From an uncultured archaeon (GTDB taxonomy: Archaea > Iainarchaeota > Iainarchaeia > Iainarchaeales > Iainarchaeaceae), in assembly GCA_964577555.1 (NCBI GenBank), contig CAZNZM010000004.1, positions 85,300 to 117,299 on the forward strand: a stretch of 32,000 bases of DNA, given 5' to 3'. The stretch's first letter is position 1; the number at the start of each line of letters is the position of its first letter. This document shows, piece by piece, positions 17,483-26,773 of the stretch. Both the position numbers and the translations under genes were made by a program. The notes under the pieces are model-generated. The model was not told the DNA's origin, searched no databases, and saw only the letters and a program-made list of their open reading frames with translations.

Positions 17483-17929
17483 ATGACGGAAGAAAAAACA
17501 ATAAGATTAACAGGAAACCAAATACTACAACTTCTGGCACAAGAACAAGAAAAACTTCGGCAAATAAACGCCACAATTGCTACATATCAAAACATGAAAA
17601 ATGAACTAATCAACGCCAAAGAAACCCTCAAAGAAATATCAAAAGCAAAAAAAGGAACAAAAATGCTAATCACGATAGGCGCGGGAATATTAGTCAACGC
17701 AACAATTGACGAAACAGAAAAAGCGATGTTACCAATGGTAGGAAACGTATTCAAAGAAAAAAAAATACCAGAGCTAATAAAAACACTTGAAACAAGAATA
17801 ATAGAAGTAGAAAATGCAATAGAAAAAAATGGAAACGAGCAAATAAGAACAATCGAAAGAGTAAACAAATTAGAAAACATACTAAACGCAGGAAGAAAAG
17901 CACTCCAACAACAAAAAATAAACCAATAA
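17483..17929 (+). CDS. pfdA: Prefoldin alpha subunit
   Basis: Coiled-coil ends and core 'MLITIGAGILVNATIDETEKAMLPMVG'; conserved gene order. Confidence 0.87.
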   Translation: MTEEKTIRLTGNQILQLLAQEQEKLRQINATIATYQNMKNELINAKETLKEISKAKKGTKMLITIGAGILVNATIDETEKAMLPMVGNVFKEKKIPELIKTLETRIIEVENAIEKNGNEQIRTIERVNKLENILNAGRKALQQQKINQ

Positions 17930-17955
17930 AATACTAACTACAAATAAATCATCTA

Positions 17956-19260
17956 ATGTTCGACTTCCTAAAGAAAAAAATAACAAATTTTACAGACAAA
18001 CTCAAAGAAGTACTACAAACAAAAAAAGAAGAAACAACAGAACAAAAAAAACAAATTGAACCTGAAAAAGAACAAAAAGAACCAGAACAAACAATTAAAA
18101 TAGAAAAAAACGAAAAAGAAACACAAGAAACAGAACAAAAACAAACTGAAAAAAAAGAAACAACACAACAAATTCAAAAAACGTTGAAAGAACCAGAAAA
18201 ATTTGAAAACTTAAAAGAAAAAACACAAACAAACATAGAACAAAAACATGAAACAAAACAAGAATCAAAAACACAACCAATAGAAAAAAAAACATTCACA
18301 GAAATCATAAAAGGAATTTTCACGCAAAAACAGCCAACTGAAAAAAAAACAACACAAATAATTGAAGATAAAAGAGAACTCAAAGCAAAAACAGGAATAC
18401 TGCAGAAAGTCACAAGCGCAGTAACTGGCAAAATAAAAATAAACGAAAAAGACACACAAAACTTTTTTGACGAACTAGAACTAAGCCTCTTAGAAGCAGA
18501 TGTAGAACAAGAAACAGCAACAGCAATAGTAAAACAACTCAAAAACCAATTAATCGGAAAAGAAATTTCCGCAAAAGAAGACCTAACCAGCTACCTTAAC
18601 AATGAAATAAGAAAAGCGCTTTCAAAAGTAATGGAAACAGAAAAAATAAACATATCACAAATTGAAAAAAAACCATTAAAAATATTATTCGTTGGCCCAA
18701 ATGGTGCAGGAAAAACAACAACAATAGCAAAAATAGCAAACTACTTCCTGAAAACAAACAAAAGCGTTATAATGGCTGCGGGTGACACTTTCAGGGCCGC
18801 ATCAATAGAACAACTAGAAACACACGCAAACAAACTTGGGGTAAAAATAGTAAAACAAAACTATGGTTCAGACCCAGCAGCAGTAGCATTCGACGCAGTA
18901 AAAGCAGCCGAAGCAAAAAACATAGATGTAGTACTTATAGACACTGCAGGAAGACAAGAAACAAACAAAAACCTAATTGAAGAACTAAAAAAAATAGACA
19001 GAGTAATAAAACCAGACATAAAACTTTACGTAGGAGAAGCATATACAGGACAGGCATTACTAGAACAAGCAAGCGAATTCAACAAAGCAATAGGTATAGA
19101 TGGATTCATACTTACAAAAATAGACGCAGACGCAAAAGGTGGAACAGCAATTTCACTACTTTACACACTCAAAAAACCAATAGTTTTCATAGGAACCGGA
19201 CAAAACTATGACGATTTAATAGAATTCAAACCAGAATTCATAATAGACAGAATAATATAA
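17956..19260 (+). CDS. ftsY: Signal recognition particle receptor FtsY
   Basis: 'LFVGPNGAGKTTTIAKIANYF', 'AAGDTFRAASIEQL', 'DTAGRQETNKNLIEEL', 'ILTKIDADAKGGTAIS'; long K/E/Q/T-rich N-terminus. Confidence 0.95.
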   Translation: MFDFLKKKITNFTDKLKEVLQTKKEETTEQKKQIEPEKEQKEPEQTIKIEKNEKETQETEQKQTEKKETTQQIQKTLKEPEKFENLKEKTQTNIEQKHETKQESKTQPIEKKTFTEIIKGIFTQKQPTEKKTTQIIEDKRELKAKTGILQKVTSAVTGKIKINEKDTQNFFDELELSLLEADVEQETATAIVKQLKNQLIGKEISAKEDLTSYLNNEIRKALSKVMETEKINISQIEKKPLKILFVGPNGAGKTTTIAKIANYFLKTNKSVIMAAGDTFRAASIEQLETHANKLGVKIVKQNYGSDPAAVAFDAVKAAEAKNIDVVLIDTAGRQETNKNLIEELKKIDRVIKPDIKLYVGEAYTGQALLEQASEFNKAIGIDGFILTKIDADAKGGTAISLLYTLKKPIVFIGTGQNYDDLIEFKPEFIIDRII

Positions 19261-19391
19261 AATATAAAAAAACTAAAAGCAAAAAAATTAAAAACTGTTA
19301 AAAACAAAAATGCAACATGCAACTAAAAAAAACACTTAAAAGTATAATTTTATAAACATTTATTGGTGTTCAATCATTAGCGGGATTCAAC

Positions 19392-19676
19392 ATGAAAGTA
19401 TCGGAACTTAAACCAAAATCAGCAGTGCCAGAAATAACATTAGAAATTGTTTCCAAAGGAGAACCAAGAAAATGGTTAAATGAAAGAGGGGCAGGAACAG
19501 TATGCAACTGCGCAGCAAAAGACGATACAGGGGAAATATCCTTAAGTTTATGGAACGAACAATGCGACACAGTAAATGAAGGTGATAAAATTATAATAAA
19601 AGACGGATGGTGCAACGAATACAAAGGGCAATTACAAATATCAACTGGAAAAAAAGGAAAAATTGAAAAAATTTGA
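19392..19676 (+). CDS. Single-OB-fold ssDNA-binding protein (SSB-like)
   Basis: 'KDDTGEISLSLWNEQCDTVNEGDKIIIKDGWCNEYKGQLQISTGKKGKI' closely resembles the crenarchaeal SSB OB fold. Confidence 0.8.
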   Translation: MKVSELKPKSAVPEITLEIVSKGEPRKWLNERGAGTVCNCAAKDDTGEISLSLWNEQCDTVNEGDKIIIKDGWCNEYKGQLQISTGKKGKIEKI

Positions 19677-20024
19677 AACATAAAAAAAACAAAAAAAACT
19701 GAAACAAAACTTGGCTTAAATCAATACAAAAGAAAAAACATTTTTCAATTAAAATAAAAAATTATCCAAATAATAAGCAGGTTAAAACAACAAAAAAAAT
19801 CCAAAAACCAAACAAAAAATAAAAAAAGAAAGTAAAAAAAAACTAATAAAAAGTTTTTTTAACAAAATAAGTTATAAAAAGCCAATAAATTGAAAAATAA
19901 AACATTTTAACGTTTAAAACGGTAAAAAAAAGGAATAATTAGGTTTTAATGTTTGAATCGTTTTTTTTGTTAGACTTTGAAAATCGATGCGTTTAAATAT
20001 TACCTCAACAGGATATTATAAAGG

Positions 20025-20126
20025 GTTGGATTCAACTATAGCTACTTTTTCAAATGGATTTAAGCATTTGATTAGACGGCTGGGTTGAATTTCATGATTT
20101 AATCATAAATAAGGAGGAAAATAAAG
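20025..20126 (+). promoter_or_regulatory. Candidate structured leader of the TRAM-domain gene
   Basis: Hairpins GTTG-GATT-CAAC (20025-20036) and TCAAATG-GATTTAAG-CATTTGA (20050-20071); ATGATTTAATCAT palindrome (20094-20106) just before AAGGAGG. Confidence 0.5.
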
Positions 20127-20438
20127 ATGGAGAGAAATAACAGAAGAAACAGGTTTGGACCAATACCAGTGAAAGAAGGAGAAGAACAAGAAGTAACAAT
20201 AGAAGGAATAGGAGAAAAAGGAGACGGCATAGCAAAAGTACAAGGCTATGTTATAATTGTTCCTAACACCCAAAAAGGAGAAAGAGTAAAAGTAAAAATC
20301 AAAGCAGTAAGAGGCAAAGTAAGCTTTGCAGAAGTAATAGAAAAACTTGGAACTGCGACACAAGAACAAAACCAAGAATCAAAAAACGAAGAAAATCAAA
20401 GCCTTGAAAATAACTCTGACGAAGAAAACCAAAACTAA
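20127..20438 (+). CDS. TRAM-domain RNA-binding protein
   Basis: 'VTIEGIGEKGDGIAKVQGYVIIVPNTQKGERVKVKIKAVRGKVSFAEVI' is the TRAM core; strong SD AAGGAGG. Confidence 0.9.
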   Translation: MERNNRRNRFGPIPVKEGEEQEVTIEGIGEKGDGIAKVQGYVIIVPNTQKGERVKVKIKAVRGKVSFAEVIEKLGTATQEQNQESKNEENQSLENNSDEENQN

Positions 20439-20499
20439 AAAATAATATTTATGTATTAAATCAATTTTAATGCAAATACAAAAAAAAGGAGGGTTGGAA

Positions 20500-20706
20500 A
20501 TGGCAAGCTTAAGCGAACTAATAGGAATTGAACCAAGCGAAGAACTAAGAACAAAACTTCTAAAACAAGAATTCAAACTCAGGAAAAAACAACCTGAAGC
20601 ATGGACAAAAACAAAATACAGGCCATACGCAAACTTCAGGGCAAAGAAAAAAGAAGAAATTACAAACGAAAACAACACAAAAAAAATAGCAATAATTGAA
20701 GCATAA
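20500..20706 (+). CDS. Small hypothetical protein (68 aa)
   Basis: GGAGG at spacing 7 upstream of ATG 20500; ORF MASLSELIGIEPSEELRTKLLKQEFKLRKKQPEAW... Confidence 0.6.
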   Translation: MASLSELIGIEPSEELRTKLLKQEFKLRKKQPEAWTKTKYRPYANFRAKKKEEITNENNTKKIAIIEA

Positions 20707-20740
20707 ACAAAAAAATAATTTAATGCATACTAAATATTCT

Positions 20741-20757
20741 CGGCACTAAAAGTGCCG
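20741..20757 (+). terminator. GC-rich hairpin CGGCACT-AAA-AGTGCCG
   Basis: Perfect 7-bp stem with a 3-nt loop, 35 nt after the preceding stop; not followed by a T-run, so the terminator role is uncertain. Confidence 0.4.
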
Positions 20758-20990
20758 GGCTTTACAAAAACAAAATAAAAAAACCCAACTATCAGTATCT
20801 TAAAACACAAAAATTTTTTGCTAGCCAAACTTGAAAAAAAAGGAAAAAACTAAAACCTGACACACAAAAACAAAAAAATAAAATTAACCAAACAAAAACG
20901 AATAACAAAAAATCACTAAAACTACAAAACAAAAAAAAAAGACACAAAATAAAGTTAAATTTCAAAAAAAAAATAATAAAAATAGCATAA

Positions 20991-21150
20991 AAAAAATTGG
21001 CATACAAAAAAAGGCTCGCCAAAAACAAACAACAAAAAAAACAAAATCCAATTAAAAAAAACAAAAAATAATGACAAAAAAAACTTGGCTAGCAATATCA
21101 AAAAAAACAGCACACAAAAACAAAAAAAACAACTTGACAAAAAAAACAAT
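20991..21150. repeat. A-tract-rich intergenic island with words shared with the 7.6-8.0 kb and 25.5-25.9 kb islands
   Basis: 'AAAGGCTCGCCAAAA' (also 7980-7994), 'AAAAAATAATGACAAAAAAA' (also in 7962-7982), 'CTTGGCTAGCAATATCAAAAAAA' resembles CTTGACAAGCAACATCAAAAAAA. Confidence 0.6.
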
Positions 21151-21332
21151 TAAAAATTAAAAACTGATTTTACAAAACAAAACAGCCACCAACAAAATTT
21201 CGAAAAACATCAAAAAAGCAAAGTAAACCAAAAGAATTATCTGCACTAACCCCTAAAAATGCCGAAAACAATGCAATTTGCTTATTAAAAATACATTACA
21301 CATTTAATTTTAAAAGCAAAGAGTGATAAAAA

Positions 21333-22682
21333 ATGGGTTTAGGCGAAAGCCTCAGAAAAGCAGTCGAAAAAATAAGAAATTCAAGCACTCTGGACAGAGA
21401 AACAGTAAAAGAAGCAATCAAGGAACTACAAAGAGCATTAATCTCGGCAGACGTAGAAATAACATTAGTACTAAAACTAAGCAAAGAAATAGAAGAAGAA
21501 GCATTCAAAGACCTACCAGAAGGAATAAGCAGAAAAGAACACGTAATCAAAACAACACACGACAAACTTACAGAAATGCTAGGAGGCACGACAAAACCGC
21601 CACAACAACCAAAAAGAATACTCTTGTTAGGTTTATTCGGGCAAGGAAAAACCACGACAGCAGGAAAATTGGCAAAATGGTACTCAAAAAGAGGAAATAA
21701 AGTAGGGTTGATAGGAGCCGATGTTTTCAGACCTGCGGCAATAGAACAATTAAGAACAATCGCGGAAAAAGCAAAAGCGGAGTTTTATGGCGATGAAAAA
21801 GAAAAAAGCGCCGCAAAAATAGCAAAAACAGGAATTGAAAAACTAAAAAATTGCGACATAATAATATGCGACTCGGCAGGCAGAAGCGCACTAGACCAGG
21901 AACTAATAAAAGAAATAAAAGAAATAAACGAAGCATTCAAACCAGAACAAAAATGGCTTGTAATAAGCGCCGATGTAGGACAAATAGCCAAAAAACAAGC
22001 AAATGCATTCCATGAAGCAATCGGAATAAACGGCGTAATACTGACAAAAACAGACGGCTCTGCAAAAGGAGGAGGAGCACTCGCAGCATGCAAAGCAACA
22101 GGAGCCAACGTTTATTTCATAGGCACAGGAGAAAAAATAGATGACTTCCAAGAATTCGATTCAACAAGATACTTGAGCAGAATAATGGGCTATGGCGACC
22201 TGCAAGCACTACTTGAAAAAGCAAAAGAAATACAAGAAGACCAAGGAATAGAAGAACAAGAATTAATACTAAAAGACTTCAACCTGGCCAATTTCTACAA
22301 ACAACTCAAAACAGCAAGAAAAATGGGGCCAATAAACAAAATAATGGAAATGTTAGGGCTAAGCCAAAAAATGCCAAAAGAACTAATGGAACTAGGAGAA
22401 CAAAAACTAGACAAATACGGTTATATGATAGACTCAATGACAAAATACGAAAAAGAACACCCAGAACTAATTAACAAAAGCAGAATAGCAAGAATTGCAA
22501 AAGGAAGCGGAACAACACAAGAAGAAGTAAGAGAACTACTAAAAAACTTCAAAAAAATGAAAAAAATGTTCAAACAACTAAGCAACATAGACACTGAAAA
22601 AATTGAAAAAGGCGATGCCGAAGCACTGCAAAAAAAACTTTACAACACATTCAAAAAAAAGAAAAAATTCAAAATAAGGTGA
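21333..22682 (+). CDS. srp54: Signal recognition particle 54 kDa protein
   Basis: 'LLGLFGQGKTTTAGKLAKWY', 'GADVFRPAAIEQL', 'CDSAGRSALDQELIKEI', 'LTKTDGSAKGGGAL', C-terminal M domain. Confidence 0.96.
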   Translation: MGLGESLRKAVEKIRNSSTLDRETVKEAIKELQRALISADVEITLVLKLSKEIEEEAFKDLPEGISRKEHVIKTTHDKLTEMLGGTTKPPQQPKRILLLGLFGQGKTTTAGKLAKWYSKRGNKVGLIGADVFRPAAIEQLRTIAEKAKAEFYGDEKEKSAAKIAKTGIEKLKNCDIIICDSAGRSALDQELIKEIKEINEAFKPEQKWLVISADVGQIAKKQANAFHEAIGINGVILTKTDGSAKGGGALAACKATGANVYFIGTGEKIDDFQEFDSTRYLSRIMGYGDLQALLEKAKEIQEDQGIEEQELILKDFNLANFYKQLKTARKMGPINKIMEMLGLSQKMPKELMELGEQKLDKYGYMIDSMTKYEKEHPELINKSRIARIAKGSGTTQEEVRELLKNFKKMKKMFKQLSNIDTEKIEKGDAEALQKKLYNTFKKKKKFKIR

Positions 22683-22686
22683 AAAA

Positions 22687-23490
22687 TTGGAAGAAATCAT
22701 ATTCACAATAAGACAAATAGCAATCATAACTGCAACCGCAATAGGCTCATACACAGACTACAAAACAGGATACATATACAATTGGATAACATACCCCCTA
22801 ATCATAATAGGAATAATCCTAAACATATACGAACAACAATACACAGGATTGGCAATAGGAATAATAGTATATGCAATTGGGTGGCTAAGCTACATCACAG
22901 GAAAATTAGGAGGAGGAGACGTAAAAATATACACTGGCATAGCATTGACAATGCCATTTTACAATGGAACCCCGTTTATAATACCAACAATACTTTTCTC
23001 ATCACTAATAGGCCTTACAATCATATCATTATACTACATTATAAAATACGCCAAAAAAGGCATAGACTACAAATTAAACAAAGACGGAATAAAAAAAGCA
23101 ATCATATTAACAGCAATACTCGCACTATATTTCATAATTTTAATAAAAACAAAAATAATCAGCCAAACACTAATTTTTATAATAACAATTCCAATGATAT
23201 GCGGAACTCTCTACCTGGCATTCGAAAAAGGAATTAAAAAAGAATTCTTTCTGACAAAAATAAAAATAGAACAAGCTGAAGAAGACGAAATAATAGCAAT
23301 CGAATACATAGATAAAAAAACAAAAGAAAAAATAAAAAACATAAAACCACTAATGCAAAAAGATGAAATAGAAAAACTCAAAGAAAAAGGAATCAAAGAA
23401 ATACCAGTATATAGAAACCTTCCAAGATTCGGACCATTCATTTTCATAGGAACAATAACATCAATTCTTTACCCAAACCCATTCTTATAA
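22687..23490 (+). CDS. Type IV prepilin/prearchaellin peptidase (A24 family)
   Basis: 'GSYTDYKTGYIYNWITYPLI' (catalytic Asp region), 'GKLGGGDVKIYTGIAL' (GxGD-like), multiple TM segments; TTG start. Confidence 0.86.
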   Translation: MEEIIFTIRQIAIITATAIGSYTDYKTGYIYNWITYPLIIIGIILNIYEQQYTGLAIGIIVYAIGWLSYITGKLGGGDVKIYTGIALTMPFYNGTPFIIPTILFSSLIGLTIISLYYIIKYAKKGIDYKLNKDGIKKAIILTAILALYFIILIKTKIISQTLIFIITIPMICGTLYLAFEKGIKKEFFLTKIKIEQAEEDEIIAIEYIDKKTKEKIKNIKPLMQKDEIEKLKEKGIKEIPVYRNLPRFGPFIFIGTITSILYPNPFL

Positions 23491-23506
23491 AACAGGAGAC
23501 ACAAAA

Positions 23507-24568
23507 GTGAACCAAAAAGAAAAATTCATGAAAGAAGCACTTAAAATAGCAGAAAAAGGAACAGGATTAGTACCACCAAATCCGATAGTAGGAGCAATCA
23601 TAGTAAAAGACGGAAAAATAGTTGGAAAAGGTTGGCACAAAAAATACGGAGAAAAACACGCAGAAGCAAACGCAATAGAAAACGCGGGAAAAAAAGCAAA
23701 AGGAGCAGAACTATACGTAACACTTGAACCATGCAACCATTACGGCAAACAACCACCATGCACAAAACTCATAATCAAAGCAGGAATAAAAAAAGTGTAT
23801 GCAGCAATAAAAGACCCAAACAAAAAATCCAAATCAGGCGGAAAAGAACTACAAAAAAAAGGAATACCAATAGAATTCGGACTATGCGCAGACAAAGCAA
23901 CAGAGCAAAACGAAATATTCATTAAAAACATGAAAACAAAAAAACCATTCATAGCACTTAAAATGGCAATGACAAAAAATGGCTATATAACTTGGGGCAA
24001 CGGAAAAAGAAAAAAAATTTCAGGAAAAAAAGCAATGGAATACTCGCAAAAACTCAGAAAAAAATACGACGCAATCCTAGTAGGAGTAAACACTATAATA
24101 AAAGACAATCCAAGGCTTATATACAAAAAAAACCAAAAATACAACCCTGCCAGAATAATACTTGACCCGAAAGCAAGATCCCCGCCAAATTCAAAAATAT
24201 TCAAACAAAAAGGAAAAACAATAATAGTTTGCACAAAAAAAGCAAACAAAGAAAAAATAAAAAAACTAGAAAAAAGAAACGTTGAAATACTCATTGCAAA
24301 AGAAAAAAAAGGAAAAATAAACCTTGAATGGCTACAAAAAAAATTATATGAAAAAGGAATAACTTCAATAATCATAGAAGGGGGAAAAAAAACAGCACTC
24401 GAATTTCTTAAAACAAAATTAATAGATAAATTCTACGCAATAATATCAAACAAAAAAATCAAAACAGGATTAAAAATATTCAAACTCAAAAACTCGGAAA
24501 TGGAAATAACAGAAATAAAAAAACTTGGAAAAGACACTCTAATAATACTTAAAAGGTGCTTGAAATGA
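23507..24568 (+). CDS. ribD: Bifunctional riboflavin biosynthesis protein RibD (deaminase plus reductase)
   Basis: 'NPIVGAIIVKDGKIVGKGWHKKYGEKHAEANAI', 'LYVTLEPCNHYGKQPPCTKLI', reductase domain 'ALKMAMTKNGYIT', 'YDAILVGVNTIIKDNPRL', 'IIIEGGKK'. Confidence 0.92.
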   Translation: MNQKEKFMKEALKIAEKGTGLVPPNPIVGAIIVKDGKIVGKGWHKKYGEKHAEANAIENAGKKAKGAELYVTLEPCNHYGKQPPCTKLIIKAGIKKVYAAIKDPNKKSKSGGKELQKKGIPIEFGLCADKATEQNEIFIKNMKTKKPFIALKMAMTKNGYITWGNGKRKKISGKKAMEYSQKLRKKYDAILVGVNTIIKDNPRLIYKKNQKYNPARIILDPKARSPPNSKIFKQKGKTIIVCTKKANKEKIKKLEKRNVEILIAKEKKGKINLEWLQKKLYEKGITSIIIEGGKKTALEFLKTKLIDKFYAIISNKKIKTGLKIFKLKNSEMEITEIKKLGKDTLIILKRCLK

Positions 24569-25461
24569 AAATAGCAATAACCGGCAGCGAAGGAATGATT
24601 GGCAAAGAACTTACAAAAAACCTAGAAAGAAAAAACCACAAAATAATCAAATGCACAAAACAAGAATGCAACATACTTGACATTGAAAAACTTAGAAAAA
24701 AATTCAAAGGTTGCAAGATAATTATACACCTTGCCGCACAACTTGACGAAAAAGCAAAAGACTTGTGGGAAGTAAATGTAAAAGGAACAGAAAATTGCCT
24801 CGAAGCGGCAGCAACAAATGGAATTGAACAATTTATTTACATAAGCAGCGTAGGCGTTTTTGGACTACAAAAAGGGCTAAAAGACGAATCAACAGAACCA
24901 AAACCAGAAACACTATACGAAAAAAGCAAATTAGAAGCTGAAAAAAAAGTTCTATCATACCAAGAAGTTTTCCACATAACAATATTGAGGCCTGCAATAG
25001 TAGTTGGAAACAATAAATATTGGAACCAAATAATCAAACTCATAAAAAAAGGTTTCCCAATTATTGGCAACGGAAAAAACCATTGGCAAACAATCTCCAC
25101 AGAAGATGTTGCAAATGCAATTGAATTCTGCATAGGCAACGAAAACACATACGGAGAAACATTCATAATAGCTGAAAAAAAACCGAAAACACTTGAAGAA
25201 ATCGTAAAAATAATAAGAAACGAATTGGAAATAAAAGGAAAAATAATAAAAATACCAGAATGGCTTGGAAAAATATTGGCAAAAATAAACACCATAATAA
25301 AATTCAACAACATACTCAACATAGAATACATTAAAAGGTTGCAAGCTGACAGGCACTATTCAATTTCAAAAATTGAAAAAATAGGATGGAAACCAAAAAA
25401 CAATTTTGAAGAAACAATAAAAAAAGTCATAGAACAAATGAAAAAAGACAACCAATTATAA
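24565..25461 (+). CDS. NAD-dependent epimerase/dehydratase family protein
   Basis: 'KIAITGSEGMIGKEL', 'CKIIIHLAAQ', 'YISSVGVFG', 'YEKSKLEAEK', 'ILRPAIVVG'; ATGA overlap with ribD. Confidence 0.87.
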   Translation: MKIAITGSEGMIGKELTKNLERKNHKIIKCTKQECNILDIEKLRKKFKGCKIIIHLAAQLDEKAKDLWEVNVKGTENCLEAAATNGIEQFIYISSVGVFGLQKGLKDESTEPKPETLYEKSKLEAEKKVLSYQEVFHITILRPAIVVGNNKYWNQIIKLIKKGFPIIGNGKNHWQTISTEDVANAIEFCIGNENTYGETFIIAEKKPKTLEEIVKIIRNELEIKGKIIKIPEWLGKILAKINTIIKFNNILNIEYIKRLQADRHYSISKIEKIGWKPKNNFEETIKKVIEQMKKDNQL

Positions 25462-25469
25462 AAAAAATA

Positions 25470-25880
25470 TCGCCAAAACAAAAAAACCAATCAAAAAAAT
25501 AAGAAAACAAAATTGGCTCACAAAAAAACAAGCCACAACAAAATAATTGACAAAAAAAATCGTCCAACAAAAAAACCAAAAAAAACCACAAAAAAATGGC
25601 TCACCAAAAAAAACAAAAATTGTCTAAAAAAAGGCTCACAAAAAACAACAAAAAAACAGCCCGCAAAACAAATCCAAAAATAAAAAAAACAACCAGACAA
25701 AACAAAAAACAAAATTAATTACAAAAAAAAGACCACAAAAAAAATTGGCTCACAAAAAAAACAAAACCAAATTAAAAAAAACAAAAAAATAACAAAAAAA
25801 CTTGACAAGCAACATCAAAAAAAACAAGCCATGAAAAAAAATTCAAATAAAAAACAAATCACTCCTCAAAAAAATGGCTA
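25470..25880. repeat. A-tract-rich intergenic island containing dispersed repeat units
   Basis: Contains copies of the 7855-7954 and 7814-7858 blocks in a different order. Confidence 0.8.
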
Positions 25881-25938
25881 GCCAAAAAAAAGACGTAAAA
25901 AAAGATTGATTAAAATAAAATCATTGAAAAATAATCAC

Positions 25939-26739
25939 TCACTCTTTCTCAGACTTTTCTAATTTTTCCTTGCCGGCCTTTCTAACAGCCGCAACTATTC
26001 TTTGCAATATAGACTTTGCTTTGACAAAATCATTGCTGTGATTCTCTATTGCAGTGCCTATATGCACAATATCAGCCCCGGCTTTAATGCAATCATAAGC
26101 GTATTTCTCATCTCTAACCCCGCCAGCAATTATGAGAGGAACATCAATCATTTTTTTAGTTAACGAAATCATCTCAACCGGAACCGGACTATCAGCACCA
26201 CCACCAGATTCAAGAATAACAAGGTGAGCCCCCATATATTGCCCTCCAAGAGCAGTTATGCCGGCAAGATAAGGCAAATCACGAGGAATTGGCTGAGCCC
26301 TGCCAACCCAACCAACAGCCCTGCCAGGTTCAACAATTATATAAGAAGTTGGAATTACTTCCAAACCAGTCTTCTTCAAAGGATAAGCAGCAACAATTTG
26401 AGCCCCGCTTATATAATAAGGGTCATTGCTATTAAGCATAGACATAAAATAAATAGCATCAGCATGTTTGCTAATACTTGCAATATTGCCTGGAAACAAA
26501 ATAACAGGCAACTTGGAATTGGCTTTCACCTGATTAATGGTGCTATCCAAAAGTTCCCCCTGGGCACCAACAGAACCGCCAACAGCAATAGCATCAACCC
26601 CTGATTCCTCAGCCACCTTTGCTATTTTGCCAGCAACAACAGGCTCTTGATTTGGCGGATCAACAACCAAAAAAACCAAACCGCCCTTCTCCTCAATTCC
26701 TTTCAATATGCTTTTGTATACTTTCCCAAAATGGTTCAT
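25939..26739 (-). CDS. Geranylgeranylglyceryl phosphate synthase
   Basis: 'VDAIAVGGSVGAQ', 'PVILFPGN', 'YFMSMLNSNDPYYISGAQ', 'EVIPTSYIIVEPGRAVGWVG', 'LESGGGADSPVP', 'IIAGGVRDEKYAYDCIKAGADIVHIGTAIE'. Confidence 0.94.
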   Translation of the reverse strand: MNHFGKVYKSILKGIEEKGGLVFLVVDPPNQEPVVAGKIAKVAEESGVDAIAVGGSVGAQGELLDSTINQVKANSKLPVILFPGNIASISKHADAIYFMSMLNSNDPYYISGAQIVAAYPLKKTGLEVIPTSYIIVEPGRAVGWVGRAQPIPRDLPYLAGITALGGQYMGAHLVILESGGGADSPVPVEMISLTKKMIDVPLIIAGGVRDEKYAYDCIKAGADIVHIGTAIENHSNDFVKAKSILQRIVAAVRKAGKEKLEKSEKE

Positions 26740-26773
26740 GGAACAACTATGTCCAAAAGCCTATATAAATTTT

